Origin: Atractiella rhizophila | Lineage: Eukaryota | Length of the DNA stretch: 37,755 bases | Direction: 5' to 3' | NCBI GenBank assembly: GCA_021432655.1 | Contig: MU271304.1 | Span: 62,001 to 99,755 of the forward strand | In this document: piece by piece, positions 21,188-33,127 of the stretch | How positions within the stretch are numbered: the stretch's first letter is position 1 | Layout: every line of letters begins with the position of its first letter | The notes under the pieces: generated by a model | Database searches by the model: none | What the model saw: the letters and a program-made list of their open reading frames with translations, nothing else | What the model was told of the DNA's origin: nothing | Position numbers and translations under genes: made by a program

Positions 21188-22844
21188 ATGTCGGATAGAC
21201 GCACTCGACGCTCTTCTTCCCTGGTACAATATCTACAGGATCCTCCAGGGGATCATCACGTGTGGGTGCAGCTTGTTGAAAGTAAATCAGTTCTCAAATG
21301 AAAAAGGCAGGAACCATCTTGGGACGGTCCATGAAGACGCTATACGAGGTCGACACCATGCGAAGCCTAAGAGACGAGGAGATGTCGATTTCATTAGCGA
21401 CTTAATTTCACAAAAATGGATCATACATCCCGGTTGGTGTTGCGCTCAAACTCCGCGTCGCTACTTACGAAATCGGAAACTTAGAATCGTCTTTCAAGCT
21501 TTTATTACTCATTGCCTTGTCGTTCGCCCTATTCGAATACCCATTGAAGCCATTCGTAGAGTCGAACCCCATATTACCCTTAATTTTTCCCTCCTATAGA
21601 CTCGACCCTCAGCCAGAAGACACGGTCCCGAAATACGGAAAAGGGGCGAAGGACATCCTCTTGTTACTCTTCGGGATAGTATTCTTCAGCTTCCTGCGCG
21701 AATCGTTCACACAATGGGTCTGCCGGTAAGCGTCGGTTTACCTCCCAGACGAAGAATCTCTGCTTAACGCTATCTCACAAGGCCGTTTGCTGAATGGATG
21801 GGCATTAAAAGCGAGGCTAAACTCGCGCGATTCAAGGAGCAAGCCTACACAGTTCTATATTTCAGCTGCAGCTCCATTGCAGGCTTCGTCTGTCCCGACC
21901 TCTGCTCTCATTTTCATATTAATGTTGGGATAGTATGTGATGTCACGAACGCAAACGTGGTGGTATGACACGAAGCATTTTTGGCTCGACTACCCGCAAT
22001 GGCGCATGAACTTTGAGCTCAAAGCATACTACCTCGCTCAATTTTCCTATTGGCTTCATCAGGCAATCGTAATGCTGCTCATGCTGGAGAAACCACGGAG
22101 CGATTTCTACGAGTTGGTGGGCCATGTGCGTTTGCTCTTGCTCTCAAACTGTCGCAATAACGGAAGACTGTAGCACGTTGTCACCTTGTGGCTCATTGGT
22201 TGGAGCTACCTCATCAACCTGAATCAAATCGGAGTGGCAATTTTCGTTACTATGGATTTTAGTGATGCAGTTTTTGCCGTCAGTCTACTTCCACCTCTGC
22301 CATGTGTCCAGCTAATCGCTGAGCAGTCCGCCAAATGTTGCAACTATCTGAAATACTCTAAAACTGCCAATACTATCTTCGTTTTCTTCATTGGAACGTG
22401 GTCGTACGTCATCCTTTACCTCCAGCATGCTTTCATTGCAGGTTCATGACAGACGTCCACAGCTACTTTCGAATATATCAAAACGTCCGAATCCTCCATT
22501 CCGTCTGGTACGAATTCGATTTGATCCCGGAGTATGCGAAACAATTCACACCTCATCTCGGAGTGTGGTTAACCTGGTGGATGAAATACCAGATATTTGT
22601 CCCACTCTTCCTGCTCCTATGCCTTAACCTATGTAAGAGCTCTCCTCTTGCAGAATATTGACGCTGATAAGGGATACAGTCTGGTATGTTCCAACAACTT
22701 CGAATTTAAGATGCACTGACTGCTGGTTGGAGGTACTTCCTCATTTGGCGAGTGGCGATGCGTACAGTGTTCAGAGGGGAATCAGCGGAGGACGAGAGGG
22801 AAGAGGGGGAAGACGATGATGAGGAGGACAAGAAGGACAAGTAG
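21188..22844 (+). CDS. Ceramide synthase (TLC/Lag1p domain), paralog 2
   Basis: Same exon architecture as paralog 1. EKPRSDFYELVGH/HVVTLWLIGWSY...MDFSD; ends EDKKDK*. Confidence 0.93.
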
Positions 22845-22959
22845 GTACTCCTACTTGAGGGAGAAGACTATATTACTCTTCTGGGGCAATTTAAAACATA
22901 TAGTCTTTATTCCCAACTCCCATAACTAACCCTCAACAACCCTGAGCTATTTAATCCCC

Positions 22960-23596
22960 TCAACGCACAACTCCAGATCGCGACAAGCCCTCTTCTTGGG
23001 CTTCTTGTTCTTCGATGGCATCTGCCTGTGTTACCGCTCTCAGTACGCTCTTCTTGGATGACTCCTGTAGCTCGCCGCCTGATATGGTTTCGTCTAAAAT
23101 TGCGTATGCCTTCTGGAAGTTGAAAATACTGCCCAACCAGTTACACAATGGACAAATATGTAAGGGAACTTACAGATCGAGCTCGCAAACGTTTCCAAAG
23201 TAACGATCCAAAATCTCCACATATCGATGGATGACCTCCAAGGTTATAAGCTCGTTGTCTCCAGCGGCTATGCCAGCGATAAAAAACAAGCTAGCATATC
23301 TCCTATAAACGACCTTGGTGTCTACATGATACAACATGATACAGCTTTCTCAGCATCCCTGACCTCTCACACAGAAGTGCGCACCTTTGTACTCCAAGAA
23401 GTTACACATCTTTGTTCGCCTGGCTAGCACCATTTGCGTGACATCCTTCACAATCTTTGACTTTGTTTTCGTTGTCAGCGTCGTGAACCACTTGGACAGT
23501 CGAACCTTCCCCTGTCGGGACACGAGTAGCATGTACTCAATCTAGCGAGCATAAACACGTGAAGCAAACCAAGACTGAGGAGACGCTTACAGCCAT
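22960..23596 (-). CDS. APS1: AP-1 adaptor complex sigma subunit
   Basis: [21 protein letters not shown]...YRRYASLFF...[42 protein letters not shown]...QESSKKSVL. Confidence 0.92.
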
Positions 23597-24114
23597 CTTT
23601 CTTCCGGCTCTGCTGCTCTGTTGATAACTGTCTCGCTGTTTGGTGGCAGCTCACAGGACACGACAAAACATTCCGATTTACAGATGGCGCGCCAATGGTC
23701 GCATATGCATCATTCATTCTTCATTCACTGATTGGTTGCAGAATAGCACGTTATTGCCTTTCATCTAGCATTTTGTATCCAGACACGACTTCAAACTTGA
23801 GGTGTCGAAACTCAGAGGGCTTCGCAAAGAATTGGAGTAGGCGATTATAATGACTGACTACAACGATTCTTTGTACATCAAATTACATGGAAGCATTGTG
23901 GGTAGTCCTGTGCGGCTTGTGAAGTTCTAGAGATAACAGGTCGGAGGAAGGCACTGATAACGGAGCTTTAGGGTGAACCCAACGAAGGCGTTTGAACAAC
24001 AATTTGCCAGCTACCTTGGAAGTTCTCGAAAGTGCTTCCCGAACCCATGAGCATCTTCTCGACAAATTCCATTCCGTGATCGATGAGACATCGTGCCACC
24101 TAACAGGTCATGCG

Positions 24115-25516
24115 TCAGTGGATACCACTACCCATTCCTCGCGCGTCCGGTAACCACAGGGCCAACTCCTTGCCTTTAGACCGATGCATGTGAGCCACTG
24201 GGGTAGATCAAAACAAACAGCGTACCAGCGCTTGCAAACATCGCCAATTTGGGATTGAACGACACGACGCGACTTGGGCTGCCAGCATGCCCCTCAAACG
24301 TTTTAATTGGGGTTAGCGTATTGATTTCTCCAGTTACAGAGTTCTGCTGTTGAGTGTCCCAAACATGGACTTTCCCATCTGCTGAACCTCCGATGACAAA
24401 TCTGCCATCGGGTGTCCACGAGACCTCTGACCCGCTCATTCCCAGACTTGGGTCGTAAGGTGTCGCCGCTGCACTGGCAGGTTCAAGGCCCAAGTGTCCT
24501 TAGAGAGCACTTAAGTAACATGTTCTAACGCGAAGCACACCTACCAGTCACACGGTGAGTAGTCTTTCCGCTGAAAGCATCCATTATAAAATGGACATTT
24601 CCGGTCGTTCCTATAAGGAGCTGCGTGCCGTCTGCTGAGAATTTGAGCGAGGTGAAGGTGGGGTATCCACCTGTGAGATTTGCAGCTGCAGGATCGTCGA
24701 GGTGGAAGGTTTGAAATGGCTCCTGTTTGATCGATGAGAATTACTTCGTGAAAAAGATTAGCTTGATTCACCTTGTCGTAACCGCGCATATCATACAGAA
24801 GCACTGTTGATTTGAGGTTGAGGGCTACCCCAAAACAGATTCCACCGTGATCAAATGCTACACAGGGATTTCCTGCAATGTTCAGGAGACCCTAGAGGCT
24901 GGAATAAGATCTAGTATTCCGCGTGACAATGTCTTACTTGGCATTTGTCTGCTCGTAAATCCCAAACCCGAACTGTGTCGTCCATTGCACCAGAAAGGAA
25001 CGTATCATCCACTGGACTAACCTCCAATGACGTAACTCTGCGTTTGTGCCCTTTGAAATAACGCAAGAAGCTGTTGTCGTGAAGAGAAAGATAACGTATT
25101 GTATCTAGCAGAAGACTTCAGCAAGTAATGCGTGTTGCAGAATATATATACCGTCTTCCTTAGTGGATGCGTATACGACGGTGCTGGAGGTATGAGCAAA
25201 ACGAGCTAGGTGCACGCCGTATTTCTTGGAATAAAGTTGCTTGTGATGCCTGCTGTCGGTAAGCAATAGCACCTGGGCTGAATGGAAACCCACTTGCCAG
25301 TTCTGCAGGAAAAAAGTTGCAGCTTCTCATCTTCCCCAGCTGTTACAAGGTACTCTCCTTTGTCGTCAAAGTCGATGGACGTGAAGTAGCGGCCATGTTC
25401 AACATGGGACTTGTACAATTTGGCAATTTTGAAGGATCCCTAAAGCTTAAACTCAACACAAGACCATATGGGTAAAAAAAGCGCACAATTACGTCTGGAG
25501 ATATTGTAAGACCCAT
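24115..25516 (-). CDS. SWD2: WD40 subunit of COMPASS/CPF (WDR82 ortholog)
   Basis: [73 protein letters not shown]...ELALWLP. The 3' end is uncertain because an extra terminal exon is possible. Confidence 0.9.
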
Positions 25517-25844
25517 TTTAAATCTGCTTCTGCCTTCCAGCTGCTTCCCTGTTCTGTGTTCCTTCGAGAGAATGCGGTCTAACCTCTGGCCTTCGAACCA
25601 AATAGGTGTTACAATCCCAACAAGGGGCTGTTGTATTTTTCTCTCTCATCTCTGGATTTCAGAAAATTCCTAAATTGTGTACAAAACATAGGTACTTGTT
25701 TGCTCCTCTTTCTAGACGTAACTGACTTTCTGCATAGGAAAATAAACGAGTAACTAGTACTCCGCGTCCTTAAACAAGCTGCGAGTTGTCCTCACGCTCA
25801 ATGTTTCATTGCTCACGTCCTACTCAACAGCACTTTAGTACAAT

Positions 25845-26974
25845 ATGCCGACAAAAGGAGGGCGGGAAGCGAAGGAAGCTTACTTCCAAAAGCTTAGGAG
25901 TTATATCGAGACTTATCGTAGGTTTATTCTCCCTTCCTCACCATGCTCAATGGTACTGCAGCATCCATCTTCATCGTAAACGTTGACAATGTGGGATCAA
26001 CTCAAATGCATCAAGTTCGACAATCGCTCAGGGGAAAGGCTACTGTGTTGATGGGCAAGAACACCATGGTCAGGCGTGCTATCAAGGGAATGCTTGGCGA
26101 CTTCCCTCAGTTCGAAAAGTTCCTTCCTCACGTCAAAGGCAATATTGGATTTGTCTTCACTTCCGGAGACCTGAAGGATGTTCGCGACCTTATTATTGCC
26201 AACAAGGTGAAAGCTCCCGCTAGAGCTGGCGCTCTTGCCCCTCTCGACGTCACTGTTCCTGCTGGAAACACCGGAATGGAACCGGGCAAAACCTCGTTCT
26301 TTCAAGCTTTGAACATTCCTACCAAGATCGCAAGAGGAACCATCGAAATCACCAGCGACGTTCACCTCGTTCAAGCGGGTACCAGGGTCGGCGCTTCCGA
26401 AGCTACCCTCTTGAACATGTTGAACATTTCGCCTTTCACCTACGGCATGACTGGTGCGCACATTTACTTTTCCGAATGGTCCTGATCTCACGTCCAAATT
26501 AGTCGTTCAAGTTTTCGATAACGGAAATGTGTTTTCTCCCAGTGTCCTCGATATCACGGATGAACAACTCCTGAAAACCTTCCAAAGCGGAATCCAGACC
26601 ATCACCGCTATATCTTTGGCCACTAAATATCCCACTCTTCCGAGTGTTACTCATTCCCTCGTCAATGCCTACAAGAACTTGTTATCCGTATCCCTCGCCA
26701 CGGAATTCGAATTCGAGGGATCCAAGCAGGTTTGTCTCACTTTCATTCATCGGAGCCGTTGCCGACCAATTAAACAGCTCAAAGATCGTCTGGCCAATCC
26801 GGAACTCTACGCCGCCGCTGCTCCTGTTGCTGCTGAAGAAAGCAAAGCCGAAGCCAAAGTTGAGGAAGCTCCGAAGGAGGAGGAAGATGAATCTGGTTCT
26901 GATGTACGTTCATCTTTTCTCCCCAGGATACCAAGCTGACGCATGTTTAGATCGGGTTCTCTCTCTTCGATTAA
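25845..26974 (+). CDS. RPP0: 60S acidic ribosomal protein P0 (uL10)
   Basis: [71 protein letters not shown], acidic tail ending IGFSLFD*. Confidence 0.97.
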
Positions 26975-27340
26975 CCTGAATATATGTCTTACGAGTGATT
27001 TTGAATGTTATGCCTCTTTTCTCTCCTTATCAAATTTTGGTCGCAACAACGAATAGCACTGCGCACGCTGTCCTGAGCCGGACGAGGACAATTATGCGTG
27101 TATATCGCTTGAGTGGTGGGTGATAGGGAAGAGAATTTCGGGGAGATCGGGCCCTTGACCTCAATCACTGACTGCTCACTTATGTCATGTACTGCGCTCA
27201 GAGCGGGCGTCATGACATGTGCCTGAATAACAAGTTGTGATAAATTGATGGGGGGTGGTGTCGTGAAGAAATATGATATAAGGTAGCGCATGGCAGTAAA
27301 CTAAATGCAGAGCGACGCTTTCTTGGAATAGTCTCAGTGT

Positions 27341-30300
27341 TCATGCAGTCTAAGGAAGGTTTAGATACTGTCATCTGAGAAGGACGTAGCACCCACTGTT
27401 GACGCTCAATGATCGACTTCTGATGTTCATTCCGGCCCACACGCCAGTAATAGTCTAGCGCGCCGCTCTTCCCCAATTCTGTCAAGAACTCTTCATCGTG
27501 AGTGATCACAATCTATGACAACGGGTCAGTAGGCACTGATATAACTGTGTCAGAGCTACCAGCTGAAAGTTAGACTGCGACCGCCGCTCGTTGATGATGC
27601 TATGCCAGAAAGTGATGGGTGAACTGCTAAACGCGGCGCATGACTCACTCGGCGAGGGACGTGGCGAGTGCTTGTATATTGTCTCTATCCAAATTTGTTG
27701 TTGGCTCATCCAGAGCGAGAACGCCACAATTCGTCCCGAAAGATTCCGCCAACGCAAGACGGATGATGATAGATGCAAGAACTTTTTGGCCAGCGCTACA
27801 ACGACCGCGCATGTCCATTTCGACCTCATCCTTGACCATGACAACCTAAGACAACTCTGAGCGAAGTTTTCACCCTCCAAGCCACGTACGCGGTAGTTGT
27901 ACACCCTGTTTCCTTTGGTATTCTCGTTCTCCGATCGAATCTCAATCTTGTCGATGTCTGCCAGCCGTTAGTTTACATTATTCTGTCCAAAACTCGCTCA
28001 CCGGTTCCCTGGTACGTCTTGTTCCACAAATTGTGTATTATGTCGTTGATCTCCTTCATCTTGTGAGTGTGGAATTTCATGATGGCCCTGGATATCGCTC
28101 GACGTGCACAAATAAAGGTTCAAGAGAACAAACTGGTCTAATGCTTTCCCATACTTCTCTAAATCGGTATTTGCAACCTCTGCAGTCTAGGAAGGAATGA
28201 CCATTAGATCCTGTTTTTCTTGAGGTGAGTTGTCCACACCTTGACTTTAATCAGTTGCGTCCGGTAACTTCCAAACACGTCGCTGTATTCGTCTTTCATT
28301 TCTTGCTGCTTCTCTTTCAGGTTCTTGGCCGCGGATTCAGCCTCAGCTCCTAATCGCACTAACTGGAAAGTATTCAGTCAAACCGACAATGCACATACAA
28401 GTGTCACCTTGGATTTTGCTGCCGACAATTGTTGCTCTAATGCCTCGTATTGGCCGTCAAACTGGCGCTTCATCTTCTCCACCTCTGCGATATTCAACTT
28501 AGCAATTTGGTCTTTGATCTCCTTGATCTCTTCCACGAGGTCTCTGTGACGAATATTGTCCTTCAGATTCCTCTGAATAGTCAAACTTTCTGACGCTTCC
28601 TTGTCCATAGTCGTCACTTCTTTGTCCAATCGTTCCCGCACTTCTTCGGCAGCTTGGATCTGCATCGCAAGCTCTTGCACCTCATTTTGACAGATTTCGA
28701 GCGCTTTCTCGCCACCACGATTTAAGAACCTAGTGATGTCCTTTTGAACCGCTTCAATTTCGTCCAAGCTCTTGTTGATGTCTCGCAGAACTTGACTCTT
28801 CTGCCTCTCCTTCTCTTCATTTTCCGTCTTAATCGAAGCAAGCTCATCCTGTGCCGTCCGCAGAGCTTCCCGGCATTCTTTGCTTTGTCTTTCCAAGTCC
28901 TAATTCACAGTCAACACTTTCCAACGAAGCCCAGTTATCGTACCTTATGTTGCTCCTCAAGTTGGACAACACTCCTCTGCTTTACCCTTCTAGATTCTTC
29001 GAGTTCTGTTCGACTTTGGACCTGGAAACGGGTATCTTTGAGATCCATTTCCAGCTTATGAATGGTATTTTCTGTGACGCTTTTACTCCGAAGTTTTCTT
29101 TCCTTCTCTGTGCTGAGCTGATCCATGTCCCTCTTGTGCCGTTTTCTGTACCCCACTGAGCAATAGAAGGTAGGAAAGGTCCGTCCTACATGAGATCGGC
29201 AGCATCCTGCATCTCGCCTTGGACATCGTCAGCCGTACGGGTCGAACCAGTGAGTATCAGCTCTTCATTCAAATGCCTTGTATCTTCCTCGATATTCTTC
29301 AGTTCGGAGCTTAGACGAGTCACCTCGGAAGATATTTTTCTAAGCGCTTGAAGTTCCTTCATATCATCCTTCAGCCGCGAGAGTGTGTTGCGAGACTGTA
29401 ATGGTGATAAGTACGCCAAAAAATGAAGCGGTAAAAGCTTGCGTTCTCGGTATCCGTAGTGATCTCCACCAGAGCTTTTTCCTGTTGGAGCACTGAAGTT
29501 CGCAGGTAGGGGATCTCCTCTTTTTCTAACTTTTCGATCAATAGGAATGACGGTTGGGCGGCGCGAAGTTGGTTCAGTGAATTTTGTCGGTCATGCAACT
29601 CTTTCGCGACTGCTGCAGACTTTGAATGCTCTGCCTTCCTGATCAACTTTTCTACCTAGTAAAAGCTTCAGCCAACATGCCCCGCTGAAAAGAATTGTAC
29701 TCACATTTGACTTTAAACGCATGTGCTCTGCTGGATTCGCAAAAGTTCGTAGGCACATCCCACACTCGTTCTTTTCCTGAGAACTTCCAATCTGCTTCTG
29801 AAACCATCGGATCATAGAGTCTCCTGAAGACATTTGCCTGTGCCAAAAAGTTAAAGTCAAGTATTTTTTGTCAGAGGACGCACCCATGGAGCTCCTGTAT
29901 TTCACGTTCCTGCACAGCGATATTTCTCTGAAACACAGTCGGTAGTTCAGGAAAGTCGTCATCTGTTAGCTTTTCCTTCTGAAAAACGATGGCAACGTCA
30001 ACAACCTCTTGATGGCCTGATAATATCTTTCAGCTTGAATCAGGCATGCAATGGATCGCCTACAATGTAGGCGCTCCTCGGCATCCTTCAGCTCTCTTTT
30101 GACGAGAGCGACCTTCTGTTCGACCTGTGCTAACCTCCTGGAGTTCGCGTTTTGGGCATCTTCAGCTTCTCTCATCTCATTCTCCTTCGAGCTGCAAGCG
30201 AAATCTCAGAACGTATTCTCGACGACGGACGCCAAACCTGATCAAGTCACTCATTAAGGTTTCCATGTTTTCTCTACTGGGAGCAGCACCACAAAGCTCG

Positions 30301-32723
30301 TGGACCTTCTTGGAGTGTCGATTCAGACTATAAAGCCGTTAGAAGCTACCTTGTGCAGTAGTGGCGGCGCACTGTGCTTCAATGCTGTCTTCAAGCTTCT
30401 TAGCCTCTGCTTTTTTAAGGCTCAATCGCGTCCTCGCCTCGCCTTCTGTGCTAAGCTGGGCAAGCTCTTTGTGAAGCTCATCCCTTCGATCTTCTTCCCG
30501 TCGCACTTCAGCCCCCTTGAGTCTGAGCTTGGCATCGTAATCGCTCGCAGAGATTTCATTGATTATTGCTGTCAGTTTGATCCTCTGCTCGTTCAGGTCC
30601 CGCTCTCCCGCTTCAATGTCAGAGTCAGCAACGCTGATAGATTCAATGCGAGTGTCAGTTTGAATGATTTCGCTTTGTAGTGTCCTCTAAGGAAAAGTTC
30701 GCTTGTCTACTAGTTAGATAGGATCTCACTCACTATTTGTTCCTTGATCTGGCGACAAGACTGATTGTGAAGAGATTCTTTGTTTCGGAATGTCTCAAGC
30801 TCTCGAGCCTTTTCGCCTTCTTTTCGTCTACTTTCACCCTAACAGAAAACTTATTGACATCAAGCATTTTCCTGACGACTGACACCTACTTTCAGTTCGG
30901 CGAGTTCAGCCTCCAAGGTCTGACAAACGTTGTCCAGTATGCGGATGAACTCCTTGATCTCGTCATCTTCGAGGCCATCGCGTCCATATCCAAGGATAGA
31001 GTGTTTGACGCTCTTGGTGGTCACCATTTTCCGAAGTTCGGCCCTTTGCTCATGATACCTCTATTACAAACATATCACTAGGAGATACTACGTCGGCGAA
31101 GGAACTAACCTGAAGCTCCGCCTTTAGCTTGCCTTCTTCTGCAAGTTTGGCATTCTGCTTCCTCACAAGCTGAGCAGCTTTCTTCTTCTCTTCGGAGACT
31201 AGCTCTTGTTTCTGTGCAATGCTCTTCTTGTGTGACTCCAGGTGGGCGTCATAATTTCGGACTTTCTCTTTAAGCTCCTCAGTTGAGTCTGAAGTGGTGT
31301 TCAATGTCAAATGGGCTATATCAAAACATCACGAACCAGGCAACTCTGTCATGTTCTCTCTGATGACCTCTGCATTCGATTCCGTTCTTTTCTGTTCGGC
31401 AAGAAGCATCTTGTGTTTCTGCAGTGTTTCTGTGTATTGGGTAGTCGCTTGATAAAACTCCTGGTTGGTGGCTTGTTGCTCTTTGACGCCTCTAGCAAGA
31501 TCGTCGTACTCTTCCCTCTTGGCTCTAATCTCCGACTCGAGCACTGAGATAGCCTTCTCCAGCTGCCCACTAATGAGAAGCTGGTCTGCATCCTTGAATG
31601 GACATACTTTCTGTGCTCTCTCACGGTCTGTACGGAGAGAAATCAAGCGCTCGCGGTCTACTTTGATTTCGTTGGTCATATCCTTTCTTAGCGATTTGAT
31701 GTTGTCCAAAGCCTTTGTGTATTTGGTAGCTTCGAAGACTGCACGCAAGCTGCTTAGAACTGACTGGCGAAGAAGGCCCATTGCTCACTTTCATCGAACT
31801 TCTTCTTCAGAGTGGCTGGTTCAGACAACGGCCAGTTAGAATCCTCCTGATGACAGAAGATCACATTTTCGAGAATGGATTTTGACACGCCAAGTTGGAT
31901 GGGTATTTCTTCGTCAAGCTCAGAACATTTGGTTGAAACGGTTCGACGCTGACACTCAGGTAAGCGAGAGCACGGACTAGACGACGCCTACCCTGCTCGC
32001 ATCCTCACCGCCGTCTGCATAAGACAGCGTGCCTTCCAACGTCTTCATCGAGTATGTAGTTGCTTTCTTTGTAACTTGAAGGCGGCGGTCAACGATCATC
32101 CTCTCCCCGTTCGTATTCTTGAATCTTAACTTCACCTCTGCTTTGATTTCCTTCGAGCCCGCCATCTGTCGGAAAACCGTGAGTTATCTTTCCTTGGTTC
32201 AGGGGAAGGTCGACCTGAGGGTCGTGGACAAAAGCCCCCCCTTTGGTATTTGGAGGCAGGTCGCCGGTAGTAGCATATTTCAAACACTCAATGATGGTTG
32301 TCTTTCCGCTACCATTGTGTCCCACAATCACCGTCAAGGGAGTGTAGAACTGGATGATGGAGAGTGTTGTCGTGTCGAAACTTCGGATTCCTCGAATTGC
32401 TGCACGGTCCAGAGATGACCTGGGAAATTGGTATCAGTTCCGTGGTACGCTGGAGCCATCAAAGTGTACGTCTGTAAGGCACAGCAGAACGAGGCTCTGC
32501 CAATGGGGTTACTCAGACGGAGCTAGCGCTAAGGCACCCATCGACTTGCTTCAATCAGACGAGTCTGCCGCAGTGGATAACACCACTCGCACGCGTCTTT
32601 ATGCTTCACACCATTGCCCCCTCTGTAATCATCCATCCACAGCGGAAGCTGTCCTTCAGAGGGCTTCAAGAAACCTCGAGATATTACGAGTGTCTCCATA
32701 AGGCGGCAGATTCCTACGCACAT
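27341..32723 (-). CDS. RAD50: DNA repair SMC-family ATPase Rad50 (MRN/MRX)
   Basis: [15 protein letters not shown], Walker [29 protein letters not shown], coiled coils with zinc hook CGMC (~29753-29764), [10 protein letters not shown] signature, [18 protein letters not shown]. The ATG is split AT|intron|G. Confidence 0.95.
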
Positions 32724-33127
32724 GCTGTTGATTCCCAATCCGTCACTTTGCAGCACAGCGATGCTTAAGTCGGTACTTGCTAGTGGACGCAGTGGACTCA
32801 ATCTCGAGTGCAGTTCCAAGCGCTAGAAAAGCGAGTTGAAAGCGTGTTCAAAGGTCGGTTTCGGCGCAACGTACTAGATGTGAGCGCAGATTGCAATGAG
32901 ATAGAGACCTTAAAAGGCAGCGTTCTGACACCCTTAGCTGCTTGTCTGGTTGTCTTCAGTACTGAGTCATTATGTCACCACGATCGATCACAACTTCGAA
33001 CTGTTGATCAACTCAGAGTCAAGCACTAGCACTATCGTTTGATTGCTCCTTGTTCGCCAGAAACACTGAACTCAGCACGCCAATCATAGCTATAACAGTA
33101 CACTCTGACATCTGAGACATTAGCACC

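Noticed and set aside
29753..29764. Rad50 hook CGMC rather than CPxC
   Set aside because: CXXC is intact and the inner residues vary among fungi.
32490..32545. TPP-riboswitch-like GGGTGC...CTGAG (minus strand) and MRP-like ATGGGGTTACTC (plus strand) in RAD50 intron 1
   Set aside because: Partner conserved elements are absent or would fall in RAD50 coding sequence.
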